From Candidatus Cloacimonadales bacterium (GTDB lineage: Bacteria; Cloacimonadota; Cloacimonadia; Cloacimonadales; JAIOQZ01): a DNA stretch of 64,000 nucleotides. The position numbers and the translations under genes are program-made. Each line of letters opens with the position of its first letter. The stretch's first letter is position 1. The stretch spans positions 896,001 through 960,000 of the forward strand of contig CAXXTU010000002.1 of the NCBI GenBank assembly GCA_963662655.2. Direction: 5' to 3'. This document shows, piece after piece, positions 29,867 to 39,963 of this stretch. The notes under the pieces are model-generated. The model searched no databases. It was not told the origin of the DNA and was given only the letters and a program-made list of their open reading frames with translations.

Positions 29867-32113
29867 TTATTTCAGCATGAGCATTTTCTTCACTTCACTG
29901 CGATTCGATGTGCTCAGCTTGTAAAGGTAAACGCCACTGCCGACAGCCCTGCCATCGGTATCCTGGCCCTTCCAGGTTGCCCGATGAATTCCGGCATCCA
30001 TGTTTTCGTCAACCAGTGTGCAAACCTTCTGACCGCGAATGTTGAATACTTCCAGCTTCACAGGAGATGCATCGGCTATCGAGAAGGCGATATCCGTCTC
30101 CGGATTGAATGGATTCGGATGATTCTGCGCCAGCCTGAACACAGGCGCGGCGTCTTCCACATCCTCTGTATCTACCGATTCATGCAGATAGTAGTTCATG
30201 TATCCGGCAACGCACTGGGAATTGTTCAGCCTGAACTTGTTGTCCAGGAACATGCACCAGTAGTTGCTGGCAGGAATCTCGAACAAGGTCGATCCATCCG
30301 CCACACCGGTGTGACTGTGGAAAGCCTCGAAATTGATTCCCATTTCATAGAAGAGGTAGTTGTCGCTCGTTGCGGTAAAGCAATTGACAACGCCCCGATC
30401 CTCGAGCTCCTTGTAGAATACGGGTCTCTCACCCACTTCGTCGATGTCGTCCCAGGTAACAATCCCCTTGATCACCTGGCTGACCGTCTCGAAAGAGATC
30501 ATCATCCGGTAATCGTCGATTGCATCCTCGGGGGGATTGGAATCCACGTTCATGTTGACTGGCATGGTTCCCGCCACGGGCATCTGGAACGCATACTCGC
30601 CACCATCTACTGTATCTTCCTGCAACAGGAGGTATTCCCCGCCTGCTTCGGGATTCGTTCCGATCGAAGTCTCGACACGAGCGTAATACGTATTGCCTTC
30701 ACCCACGATGAACTCATGCTGACCGTTTTCGTCCGTGAAAGCAACCATGTCGGCGGTAAGACTACTGTTGATTGCAAGAATGATCCTGGCTCCGTCCACG
30801 GGATTGCCGTTCGCGTCGAGAACATTGACCGTAATCGACGCCTGCCCTTCCGAGTAGCGATCCGTCACGGAGGTCAGGAAACCGTCGCTTCGAATCTCGA
30901 ACACGGAACCGAACACCTTTCCCCACCCGTTTTCGTAAACAAGTGGCGTGTTGATGTAGCCGTTCACGGGTTCCCACTGGACCCATCCATCTTCCCAAAA
31001 CTCGTTCCATGTGTGGTCAGACGACATGGAAAGGATGCCGGTACAAGGCATGAGCGCGGTACGTGCCGCCGCGGTGGTGATATCAGCGTGCTCGCCGCAC
31101 CTTCCGTAGTGTTTGCGATAGATGCGCACCGGCTGATGCGGTCTTTCGCTGTCCGAAGTGAATTCCATCACGGCATTCACCCAGTTTTGTAACGTCCCCA
31201 GAGCATCCGTCACCGATCCGTCTCGGGCCCACATCACTTGCGCATTTGCCAGTTGTTCGCTCAGAAGCGGATAGCCTTCATCGGCGTGGTTGTAGAAGAA
31301 ATCCCTCCAGAAAACGCCGTCCGGCGGATCAGCGATATTGTTGATATGCGTCGTGTTGGATTCTGCCAGAGCCGGGTCGATGTAAGCAGGGATGTCGTCT
31401 GTGATCTTCGGATGGACCAGATACCAGTAGTAAACGTCCCTCGGGACCTCCACCGTTACCTGGTTGCCGCTTTCGTCTATCTTGATGTAGCTCGTGGTCG
31501 AGTAGTAATCGTCATCCGTCGCGGAGCTTCCATGATCGACAATCTCCACGTAGCTCAGATCCTGATCGATCTCGTAAATCAGTTCCGCGTTTTCCACGAA
31601 CAACTGCGGATAGGCGTAATCAGACTGGAGGTACACAGTTGAGGTGTGCGCCACGCAGAAGGCGATCTCGTCGATATAGGGATCGTCTGCTTCGTTGATG
31701 ATGGCAGCCCAGACGTCTTGATTGAGTGGCGAGAGGTTGCAGAACACATTCCGCAGCGCAGGCCGGAGCCATCTCGGTGAGCGCTCGACCGCCTGTTGGG
31801 CCGCCTCGCCGAGTTCTTCGAGATTGGATACGACCGATACTTCGTTCGTGTTAGGCCAGAACTTCATCCCGTAGTTTTGATCTGCACCCAGATAGAAGTC
31901 GAATTCGAGGGAGTCGGATAAATTCCATTCGTCCCGATCGAATGATGTGGTCGATTCCTGCCTCTCCTTATGAGCGGGTTCTCCTCGAAGAGCGGCGCCA
32001 ACGACCCGTTCATTTCCGTTAAGAAGGGGCCTGGTCGTCAAACCTCTATCCGCTGCAAGAAGCACGGGAACGACGATGGCGACAAGTGCAAAGAAAACGA
32101 TAATCCTTTTCAT
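29867..32113 (-). CDS. Secreted transglutaminase-like (Cys-His-acid) protein with FlgD-Ig/T9SS-type-A-like C-terminal domain
   Basis: Signal peptide; GRCGEH...DHTWNE...WEP; C-terminal QNHPNPFNPET...KKMLMLK. Confidence 0.8.
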   Translation of the reverse strand: MKRIIVFFALVAIVVPVLLAADRGLTTRPLLNGNERVVGAALRGEPAHKERQESTTSFDRDEWNLSDSLEFDFYLGADQNYGMKFWPNTNEVSVVSNLEELGEAAQQAVERSPRWLRPALRNVFCNLSPLNQDVWAAIINEADDPYIDEIAFCVAHTSTVYLQSDYAYPQLFVENAELIYEIDQDLSYVEIVDHGSSATDDDYYSTTSYIKIDESGNQVTVEVPRDVYYWYLVHPKITDDIPAYIDPALAESNTTHINNIADPPDGVFWRDFFYNHADEGYPLLSEQLANAQVMWARDGSVTDALGTLQNWVNAVMEFTSDSERPHQPVRIYRKHYGRCGEHADITTAAARTALMPCTGILSMSSDHTWNEFWEDGWVQWEPVNGYINTPLVYENGWGKVFGSVFEIRSDGFLTSVTDRYSEGQASITVNVLDANGNPVDGARIILAINSSLTADMVAFTDENGQHEFIVGEGNTYYARVETSIGTNPEAGGEYLLLQEDTVDGGEYAFQMPVAGTMPVNMNVDSNPPEDAIDDYRMMISFETVSQVIKGIVTWDDIDEVGERPVFYKELEDRGVVNCFTATSDNYLFYEMGINFEAFHSHTGVADGSTLFEIPASNYWCMFLDNKFRLNNSQCVAGYMNYYLHESVDTEDVEDAAPVFRLAQNHPNPFNPETDIAFSIADASPVKLEVFNIRGQKVCTLVDENMDAGIHRATWKGQDTDGRAVGSGVYLYKLSTSNRSEVKKMLMLK

Positions 32114-32122
32114 GGTTGCTCC

Positions 32123-33271
32123 TTATTTGAGTGCATTGTAAATAATTTCTTCAATCTGCTCGATCGTGAGTTTGACCGGATTCCCCTTCATGCTGCTCGC
32201 ATTCATGGCTCTCATCGCGATCATCCGGATATCGGTGGAACTGACGCCATACGCGCTGAGCGGCTTGATTTGCATGTGATGGACAATGTTTTCAATCCAC
32301 GCCTGTAGTTTCCCGATCCCGCCGTCGCAGACCGTTCCCGCCGCCTCGTCGTACTTGCAAAGGATGTCCCGCTGCCCCTCCATCTGCAGAAGCTGGACGT
32401 TCATCCGAATCACATGAGGCAACAGAGCGGCACACGCGGCGCCGTGAGGTATCGCGAACATCCCGCCAAGGGGGCCGGCGATCCCGTGAACCGCGCCAAG
32501 CTTGGCATTTGAAAGCGCAAGGCCGCTGTAAAGAGCCGCAAGCGACATATCGCTGCGAGCTTTGATGTTGTTCCCATCGTCATAGGCATGCAGGAATGAT
32601 CGGGAAACGATCCCGAGTCCTTCCCGGGACAGCATATCGCTCAAGGGATTGCTCATCGGCGTGACAAAGGCTTCCAGAAGCTGCGCGAAGGCGTCAAGCC
32701 CGCAATGGGCAGTCACTTCCGGCGTCATCGACATGGTGAGTTCAGGATCGATGACCGCGATACGCGGCAGCATGCGCTCGCTTCTCATGCTGATCTTGAT
32801 CTGCTTGTTCGCAGAGCGGATCACGGCGTTACGTGTCACCTCCGCCCCGGTTCCCGACGTTGTGGGAACCGCGATTAGTGGCAGTCCATTGCGCATGATT
32901 TTCTTTCCGGTACCGATAATCTCGACATAATCGAGTACCTGGCCCGGATTGGTCAGCATCACGGATACTATTTTCCCGGTATCGATGACGCTTCCCCCGC
33001 CCACGGCCAATATCCAGCCAACCTGATACTGTCGGGCCACATTTACGCAATCCTTCAGCATCGCTTCTGTGGGTTCCGCTACTACGGTGATGGGAAACAC
33101 CTGATAGTGGTGCTGCATCAACAGTCTCTCGATCAGACGGGCGCGTTGATGGTTTTTGCCGGTGATCAGAAGCACCTTATGCGAGAACTCGGCTGCGAGC
33201 TGCGGAATGCGCTCGATCGCGCCTCGACCGAAAACGATATTCGAAGGGGCTCTATACTCGAACTCTACCAT
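32123..33271 (-). CDS. Iron-containing alcohol dehydrogenase
   Basis: [41 protein letters not shown]. Confidence 0.92.
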   Translation of the reverse strand: MVEFEYRAPSNIVFGRGAIERIPQLAAEFSHKVLLITGKNHQRARLIERLLMQHHYQVFPITVVAEPTEAMLKDCVNVARQYQVGWILAVGGGSVIDTGKIVSVMLTNPGQVLDYVEIIGTGKKIMRNGLPLIAVPTTSGTGAEVTRNAVIRSANKQIKISMRSERMLPRIAVIDPELTMSMTPEVTAHCGLDAFAQLLEAFVTPMSNPLSDMLSREGLGIVSRSFLHAYDDGNNIKARSDMSLAALYSGLALSNAKLGAVHGIAGPLGGMFAIPHGAACAALLPHVIRMNVQLLQMEGQRDILCKYDEAAGTVCDGGIGKLQAWIENIVHHMQIKPLSAYGVSSTDIRMIAMRAMNASSMKGNPVKLTIEQIEEIIYNALK

Positions 33272-33570
33272 AAGTCATCGCCCGGATAAAGGTTCTCGAA
33301 TTTCATGCTGGTCCTCGGCTCCGCCATCATGTTCGCTACGGTGTCGCGCCATTTCTTGTAGTGAGCAGTCTCTTTATGTTGTGCCGGGGCATCGTCGGTA
33401 CGATACTCCTCCAGCAGCATGAACTTGCTTTTCTGCCCGAGTTGCCGAATGACATCGAAGCGAGCGATCCCGGGCTCTCTGACGCTGTTTCGAGCATTCT
33501 CGAGCGTCGCCTGGAGAAACGCGTCTTCCATGCCGTCCTTGACATGGACGGTAACGTGAACGATCAACAT
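33265..33570 (-). CDS. ABM/LsrG-like dimeric alpha-beta barrel protein
   Basis: [16 protein letters not shown]...EEY...[20 protein letters not shown]. Confidence 0.85.
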   Translation of the reverse strand: MLIVHVTVHVKDGMEDAFLQATLENARNSVREPGIARFDVIRQLGQKSKFMLLEEYRTDDAPAQHKETAHYKKWRDTVANMMAEPRTSMKFENLYPGDDLW

Positions 33571-33579
33571 AAAAACTCC

Positions 33580-35718
33580 TTATTTCTGCTGAATCTCGAT
33601 ATTCAATAAATCTAAAAGGAACGCGTAATTGTAAGCAATCTCGCGAAGGTAGTCGTAGCGTCCCGAGGCTCCGCTGTGGCCGCTCATTTCCGTCTTGAAA
33701 ACCAGCACGTTGTCGTCCGTTTTCATCGATCTGAGCTTCGCCACCCAGCGAGCAGGTTCCCAGTACGGCACACGATTGTCCTCGATACCGGCCTTCACCA
33801 GGATATGCGGGTAATCCTGTTCCTTCAGGTTGTAATACGGATCCCAGGAATACATATAAGCAAACTGCTCGGGATCGTTCGGGTCTCCCCACTCGTTGTA
33901 ATGGTACAATGCGCCCGGGATGGTCGGGTCGAGAAGGATATCCAGTTCGTCCACGGCAGGCACATCGGCAATGACAAGCTTGAACAGGTCCGGACGCCAA
34001 ATCGAGACAACGCCCATCAGCATACCGCCGGCGCTTGCGCCTTCCGCCACGAGCTTGTCGCTATTCGTGTAACCTTCGTCGATAAGATACTCCGCACAGG
34101 CGATATAATCGCTGAAGGTATTCCTCTTGGTCATCAGGCGGCCCTGATCGTGCCACCATTCCCCCCATTCGCTGCCGCCGCGTACATGGGCGATCGCGTA
34201 GGTAAAACCGCGATTGACCAGGGAGAGGAAGTTCGGATCGAAATAAGCTTCGGAAGTATCGCCATACGAACCGTACGCGTACAGATAAAGCGGCGATTCC
34301 CGATTCTCGTTCTCCTTTCGATACAATAGGGTTATCGGGATTTTGACGCTATCTTCCACGGTTGTGAAAACTCGCCGGGTGACATACTCTTCCGGATGAT
34401 AACCGTCGGGAACATCGTATCGCTTGAGAAACACAAGGGAATCCTGCTCCAGGTCGTACTCGTAAATCGTGCTTGGCGCGGTCATCGACGTGTATGTCAG
34501 GCGGTAACGATGATTTTCGAACTCCGGATTCCAGTGCGCCCAGAACGAGTAGACCTCCTGTGGGAAATCCACCTCACGAACGCCCCCCGTTCGGAAATCG
34601 AACACCTTCATGTGCTCCAGCGCGTTTCGCTGCTCCTGGATGACCATGTAATCCTTGAAAACGTCAAAACTGTTAACCGTCGCGTCTCCGCACGGCTCAT
34701 AATAGGCGGTCCATTGATCGGGTTTATCGAAGGACGCGGTGTAGATTCCGAAGCAATCGGAATCCTTGTTCGTCATGATATATAACAAGCTGTCAACAGG
34801 CTCGACATAGTATTCGACAGATTCTTCACGCGGTTTGATCAGCGTGAACTCCGCTTCCGGCTGATCCGCCGGGAGGTATCTGTATTCCGTGACATCATTG
34901 CTCGCGGCTCCGAACATCAGCCATTTCCGGTTTCTGCTGAGTGAGACCCACAGCGAAAAAGAGCAATCTTCCTCGCGGTACAGAACCGGATCCTGATCGG
35001 GATTGTCCCCGAGCCTGTGCCGGTAGAGAACGGAAGGGCTCTCGCGATCTTCCTCGAGATCGCAGATATAGAACAAAGTGCGGTTGTCCGTCGACCACGC
35101 GCAGGAATTCACGTACGGGATCACATCCTGGAGCATCTCGCCAGTCTGCAGATCCTTGATGTACATCGTGTAGCTCTCGAAACCCGTCGTATCCACCGAG
35201 TAAGCAAGGTATCGCTGGTTCGGGCTGTATTCCATCAGGCCGATTTCGAAGAAGTCATGATCCTTCGCCATTTCATTGACATCGAGGATGATTTCTTCCT
35301 TGCCCAACATCGAATTGGGTCTCCGGCAATAGATCGAATACTGTTCGCCCTCGACGGTTCTCACGTAGTAGTAGTAGGAACCTACCCTCACGGGAATGGA
35401 TGTGTCGGTTTCCTTGATCTGAGCTTTCATTTCCCTGAAAAGGTACTCGATATCGTCGTCCAAATCAGCGGTTACACGCTCCGCGTACGCATTCTCGGCC
35501 TTCACGTAATCGAGCGCGTCCTCTTTGTTGCGATCCTTGTCGATCATCCAGTGGTATGGATCGTCGAGAACCGTTCCATGTAAGGTCTGGCTGAATGCAA
35601 TGCGTTTTGCGGCAGGTGGGTTATATCTTGAAGCCCGGTCTATGATGCGTGAGCAATTCAAACTGGAGATCGGCAATAATAACAATACGAATAAATACAA
35701 GCACAGCAATCGTTTCAT
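33580..35718 (-). CDS. ptrB: Oligopeptidase B (S9A), exported
   Basis: DDPYHW, YGSYG, HVRGG.E.G, nucleophile GASAGG, D.RVPYWEPA.W, GH; N-terminal signal peptide. Confidence 0.88.
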   Translation of the reverse strand: MKRLLCLYLFVLLLLPISSLNCSRIIDRASRYNPPAAKRIAFSQTLHGTVLDDPYHWMIDKDRNKEDALDYVKAENAYAERVTADLDDDIEYLFREMKAQIKETDTSIPVRVGSYYYYVRTVEGEQYSIYCRRPNSMLGKEEIILDVNEMAKDHDFFEIGLMEYSPNQRYLAYSVDTTGFESYTMYIKDLQTGEMLQDVIPYVNSCAWSTDNRTLFYICDLEEDRESPSVLYRHRLGDNPDQDPVLYREEDCSFSLWVSLSRNRKWLMFGAASNDVTEYRYLPADQPEAEFTLIKPREESVEYYVEPVDSLLYIMTNKDSDCFGIYTASFDKPDQWTAYYEPCGDATVNSFDVFKDYMVIQEQRNALEHMKVFDFRTGGVREVDFPQEVYSFWAHWNPEFENHRYRLTYTSMTAPSTIYEYDLEQDSLVFLKRYDVPDGYHPEEYVTRRVFTTVEDSVKIPITLLYRKENENRESPLYLYAYGSYGDTSEAYFDPNFLSLVNRGFTYAIAHVRGGSEWGEWWHDQGRLMTKRNTFSDYIACAEYLIDEGYTNSDKLVAEGASAGGMLMGVVSIWRPDLFKLVIADVPAVDELDILLDPTIPGALYHYNEWGDPNDPEQFAYMYSWDPYYNLKEQDYPHILVKAGIEDNRVPYWEPARWVAKLRSMKTDDNVLVFKTEMSGHSGASGRYDYLREIAYNYAFLLDLLNIEIQQK

Positions 35719-35744
35719 ACATTTCTTTCTTTCTTGGTTTATTT

Positions 35745-36137
35745 TTATGCGAGCGGAGCCGTTACAAGGTTACCATTATCGTCGTAACGAGCTCTGTATC
35801 TCATGCGTGTTCCATACTGAAGCGATAAACGAATTTCCGAGGAGCTCAACTCCCTCGGAAAGTAGGTACCGGAGATGTGCGCGCCGTGGATGCTGGCGCC
35901 TTCCATAATACAGGTTTTCATGTTCAAGCCGCGGAGATCCGATTGCCGGAAATAGCAATTCGAGAAATCGATGTTCTCCACGTCGAATCCGCGCAGGTCG
36001 ATCGCACGGAAATCGAGTCCGCTGAAGTCCGGCGATTCCTTCTCCGTTTCTCGCAAACGGTTGAACTCATCGGTCTTGCCTTGCCGAATCAACTGGTACA
36101 TGCGTTCCGGGATCACTTTAGGACGTTCGTCGATCAT
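35745..36137 (-). CDS. Pentapeptide-repeat protein
   Basis: DFSGL DFRAI DLRGF..DFSNC YFRQS DLRGL repeats; SD AGGAGG upstream. Confidence 0.88.
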   Translation of the reverse strand: MIDERPKVIPERMYQLIRQGKTDEFNRLRETEKESPDFSGLDFRAIDLRGFDVENIDFSNCYFRQSDLRGLNMKTCIMEGASIHGAHISGTYFPRELSSSEIRLSLQYGTRMRYRARYDDNGNLVTAPLA

Positions 36138-36213
36138 GGTTCCTCCTTGAGATAATAAGAGTCCTACAGCTTGTCAGGCTGTTCTCTGTAACGAAATCAT
36201 TGATGAGGTTAGA

Positions 36214-36330
36214 TTAGTTTGAATGCTTCTCAACCTTCTTTTCTTGCTTGAGCTTACGCTTCTCTTTCAGCGTGTGTTTCGCCTTCTTCTTGGCATCTTC
36301 TTTGGTAATGACCTTGCTCTGCTTACTCAT
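36214..36330 (-). CDS. Small Lys-rich protein (38 aa), below the ORF-track cutoff
   Basis: MSKQSKVITKEDAKKKAKHTLKEKRKLKQEKKVEKHSN*, with GGAGG 5 nt upstream of the ATG. Confidence 0.7.
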   Translation of the reverse strand: MSKQSKVITKEDAKKKAKHTLKEKRKLKQEKKVEKHSN

Positions 36331-36446
36331 GACAGCCTCCTGTAAAGGTTTATCAGCAAGTTTCATGTATTTTGCGGAGAATTATTTTATCAGTGTCAAG
36401 CGATTCCTTTAAAAAGCTGCAAAAAACAAGAATGTGTATATCTTAT

Positions 36447-38387
36447 CTATTTTATCATCAATAGTTTTTTAGCATACATATCATATTTTACTTTCATTAC
36501 GATATAGTAAATCCCAGTTGAAACAGTTTTTCCATGTTCATCCATGCCATTCCAAGCCGCTTTGTGCATTCCAGCGTCGATATACCCGGAATAGAGCCGC
36601 CGCACCCGCTGGCCGCGCGCATTGTAGATGTCCAGCCGAACATGCTGCGCTTCCTGCAACCGATACCTGATACAGGTAGACGGATTGAACGGATTGGGGA
36701 AGCCTCCCAACAATCCGGTTGCGCACTCGGCTTCTGGCGAGTCGCTCGCTGCGAGCCCCACCTCCACCCGCCAGCGCACCTCCGTGGCGTAGTGGGTATC
36801 GCTAATCGCACAAAGAACTTCATGAACGCCCTGGACGTTGAAATTGTCGATGAAAGACGAATACGGAACGCCCTCATTGTTGCCGTCGACCCACCAGCTA
36901 TAATGCAACACATTGTTGTCGTCGGAAGCGCTGACCGTGAAATGGATTTGTGCACCCAACGGGACTGCCAGGAGCGTGTCTTCCGGGCTGAAACTCACCA
37001 CCTCCGGTGGAGAATTAAGCTCAACCTGGATATAACCCTCCCGCGTCAACGATGAATAATTCGTCCCGTCGGATATTCTCAGCGTCACATCGAAGTTTCC
37101 CGCGTTTTCGTATGTCCAGCTCGAAAGCGGTCCCGTTCCATCCCATACGCCGTCGCCATCGAAGTCCCAGTCCCATTGCATCACGTTTCCGGTCGACGTG
37201 CTGTAAAACTGTACTTCCAGAGGTGTATCGCCAGCCTGAATGTCGCTGTAGAAATCCGAGCGAAGCCCCTCGAACCGCATCAAGAAAGGCATTTCGAATG
37301 GAGAAGATAAAAGCTCGCGGCTCCCACCCACGATAAATCCCCCGTCCGGCGTGCCGGCTATCGAATAGGCCACATCGAATGCCTCGATATCATCCGTGAC
37401 ATACGACCACAGCCCGGTACCACTCGAATTCCGCTTTGTGATATAAAAGTGATTGTTGTCGTCCGTCGAGTGAGTCGCTCCCGCGACGATGACGCAATCA
37501 TCCGGCGTGTAGATGAGCTCCCTGCCGGAGTCCGTCGCATCTCCGCCATAGGATACGCTCCAGACGATATCCCCTTCGGGATTCATCTTCAGCAGCCATA
37601 CGTCGTTGTTCTCGCCAGTCGCGGACACCCTGTACCCAGTGAACACGAAGTCGCCCTCGTTCGTCTCGACCGCGTCCCGCAAAATCTCATAACTCAGACC
37701 GCCAACCACGCGACTCCACAGGGTATCGCCCTGAGAATTGCAGTAAAGAACCAGACCGTCCTGTTCGCTATCGACATCCCGCCTTCCCGCGAGCAGAAGA
37801 TTCCCATCTGCCGTAACCAGCACATCGTTGATTGTCTCATCTCCCCCGAAATCCCAGCTCCGCGTCCACAGGGAGTCCCCGTTCATGTCCAGCGCGAGGA
37901 GCCATGCGTCATCCGTGGAGTCCCGCCGCGTGTATCCAGCGCAGAATATCGTGTTTTCCAGCGCAGCTACGCTGTTGAGTTCCTGCCGAAGCGAGTCTCT
38001 GAAGCTTCTAGTCCAGAGCGTATCCCCCGCCGCAGTCATACGTGCACACCAGCCATCACGAGCATTGAATCCCTGAGAAACCATGCCGGCAATGAAAAAC
38101 TCATCGTCCGAGTATGCGCATAATGAATTGATTTGTATCGCTGAGTCGCACTCGATCTGTGCATTCCATGCAACGCCGCCGTCATCGTTTATTCGGTACA
38201 CGTACCCAGACGAGGCATATTCACCGTTGACCGCGATGAATCCACCCTGCTCCAAGGCTATAATCCCCCGAAACGATTGACCTGAGTCCGTGGGATACAA
38301 TTGCGTCCAAAGCGTATCCGGCGCAGCCTGAGCAGACATGCAAATGGATAAGATATAAAAGGAAACGACGAAGAATCTCCTCAGCAT
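36447..38387 (-). CDS. Secreted beta-propeller + PKD + Ig protein with FlgD-Ig/T9SS-like C-terminal domain
   Basis: Signal peptide; repeats GD(T/S)LW.R..GG; PKD WDWDFDGDG..Y...G.FDVTL; FPNPFNPST. GAGGTG precedes the ATG at 38387. Confidence 0.8.
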   Translation of the reverse strand: MLRRFFVVSFYILSICMSAQAAPDTLWTQLYPTDSGQSFRGIIALEQGGFIAVNGEYASSGYVYRINDDGGVAWNAQIECDSAIQINSLCAYSDDEFFIAGMVSQGFNARDGWCARMTAAGDTLWTRSFRDSLRQELNSVAALENTIFCAGYTRRDSTDDAWLLALDMNGDSLWTRSWDFGGDETINDVLVTADGNLLLAGRRDVDSEQDGLVLYCNSQGDTLWSRVVGGLSYEILRDAVETNEGDFVFTGYRVSATGENNDVWLLKMNPEGDIVWSVSYGGDATDSGRELIYTPDDCVIVAGATHSTDDNNHFYITKRNSSGTGLWSYVTDDIEAFDVAYSIAGTPDGGFIVGGSRELLSSPFEMPFLMRFEGLRSDFYSDIQAGDTPLEVQFYSTSTGNVMQWDWDFDGDGVWDGTGPLSSWTYENAGNFDVTLRISDGTNYSSLTREGYIQVELNSPPEVVSFSPEDTLLAVPLGAQIHFTVSASDDNNVLHYSWWVDGNNEGVPYSSFIDNFNVQGVHEVLCAISDTHYATEVRWRVEVGLAASDSPEAECATGLLGGFPNPFNPSTCIRYRLQEAQHVRLDIYNARGQRVRRLYSGYIDAGMHKAAWNGMDEHGKTVSTGIYYIVMKVKYDMYAKKLLMIK

Positions 38388-38465
38388 AATCAACACCTCG
38401 ACCTAATTATCATACCAACATAGAAACAGGTCAAGAGAACATTTTGCTGAGGTTATCGCACTACG

Positions 38466-39809
38466 TTATAAAATCCCCGTGGGATGCTTTGAAGATTTAC
38501 CATGGATGAAATTCCAGATGATCCCGATTCCCCAGAAAGCCAGGATGATGATGAAAGCGTCCACTGGATGTCGATAACGTTCGATCCCGAATGTGATAAC
38601 GTGCAGTAGCATCTGTACGAAGATCGGCAGTATCAGTATTGATGCAAGCCGCACCCGCTTCACGAATGAGATGACGATAGCGAGAAGAGCGAAAGGTATC
38701 AGAATTCCGTACTGCAAGAGTGAAATCAAATTGTGCTTCAGGCTGAATCCCATCTCGAAATATGCCATGGGAAAGGGAGCGTAGCTTCTTCCTTTGGGAT
38801 GTATTGGAGCCCACATTTTTTTGAAGAAATACCACTTACGGCCAAGAAACGTTTTCGAGGCTGTCTTGCCGGCAAGTATCGCTTTTATCTCCAGATCGGA
38901 ACGGTTCCTGGGATTGAATCCCATTTTTACCGAGTCCCGTTCGGCCTGCCTGGGATAGTTTTCGTTGTAAGAACGGAAATGCAGTGTTGAATATGCTGAA
39001 TCAATGATTGCAGTGTTGAAGAGTTCGTTTCGTTCCGAGACTTCATCTCCCGTGAGATTCAATGTATATTTGCTGACAATGACAACATCGCCGTAAACGT
39101 AGTAATTTCTGATTGTCCAGGGGATTGTGCACAATATTACGATAATCCCGAAGAATACGTATTGTTTGATTGCAGCTATCAAAGGACGTGTATTGATTGC
39201 GAAAACGATGAATAGAAACGGTGCGAAAAAAAGATATCTTCCGTCTGTATGAAAAAGAATCGTGTAAACAACGGCAGGCAAAATCAGATGAGAAATCCCT
39301 CTCATTTTCTTGTGGAAGAACCTTGCGAGCAAGTAGAACAGCAATGCCATCAGAAAGTAAACAAGCGTCTCTCTCAATAACGTACCCACTCGCCGAAGAT
39401 AATAAACGTAGAACCCCGCCCAAAGCATGGCTAAATAAGAAGTTACAGGATTGCCGGTGATTATTGTCGATAGTCTATAAATAATAAGAAGCATCAACAC
39501 TGCGATTATGGACTGGAAAATATACACTTCCCTGAAGGACTCCATTCCAAAAACACGATAGAAAATCGAAAGCACCATGGGGTAAAATGGCTCCCTGAAG
39601 CTACCATAATTACTCGTATCCGTTAGCCATTCCGTTCCGGAAGCCATTGACGTTGCATAATCGTTATAAGATTTCTCGTCGCTGAAGCTTTGCTTTGAAT
39701 ATTGTCCGTGACTAATCACCAGAAACAAGCATACAAACAAAAAGAAAATAAGCGATATGAAAACAACCTTCTTTTCATGCCTTCCGAACATTTCTGCAAC
39801 AAAACCCAT
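38466..39809 (-). CDS. Polytopic GT-C type glycosyltransferase (GT39/ArnT-like)
   Basis: Many TM segments, DE motif after TM1 (SDEKSY), REPFYP, PWTIRNY, ERYRHP. Confidence 0.7.
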   Translation of the reverse strand: MGFVAEMFGRHEKKVVFISLIFFLFVCLFLVISHGQYSKQSFSDEKSYNDYATSMASGTEWLTDTSNYGSFREPFYPMVLSIFYRVFGMESFREVYIFQSIIAVLMLLIIYRLSTIITGNPVTSYLAMLWAGFYVYYLRRVGTLLRETLVYFLMALLFYLLARFFHKKMRGISHLILPAVVYTILFHTDGRYLFFAPFLFIVFAINTRPLIAAIKQYVFFGIIVILCTIPWTIRNYYVYGDVVIVSKYTLNLTGDEVSERNELFNTAIIDSAYSTLHFRSYNENYPRQAERDSVKMGFNPRNRSDLEIKAILAGKTASKTFLGRKWYFFKKMWAPIHPKGRSYAPFPMAYFEMGFSLKHNLISLLQYGILIPFALLAIVISFVKRVRLASILILPIFVQMLLHVITFGIERYRHPVDAFIIILAFWGIGIIWNFIHGKSSKHPTGIL

Positions 39810-39963
39810 GATTCCTCCATTTTTCCATCACATTGCTGTATATTATACGCTCAATGATTGTGTCAAGTATTTCGACGAACCTCTTAGCTCGTTATCGATC
39901 AAATGCATGATACGATGCTATTTTCTTTTGACATGTACTCGATTCATTTTATTCTATCTCAAT

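Noticed and set aside
29984..31192. 402-aa + strand ORF and similar antisense ORFs (e.g. 12247-13122, 9270-10079, 40429-41259)
   Set aside because: Fully overlap well-supported genes on the opposite strand and have no recognisable domains.
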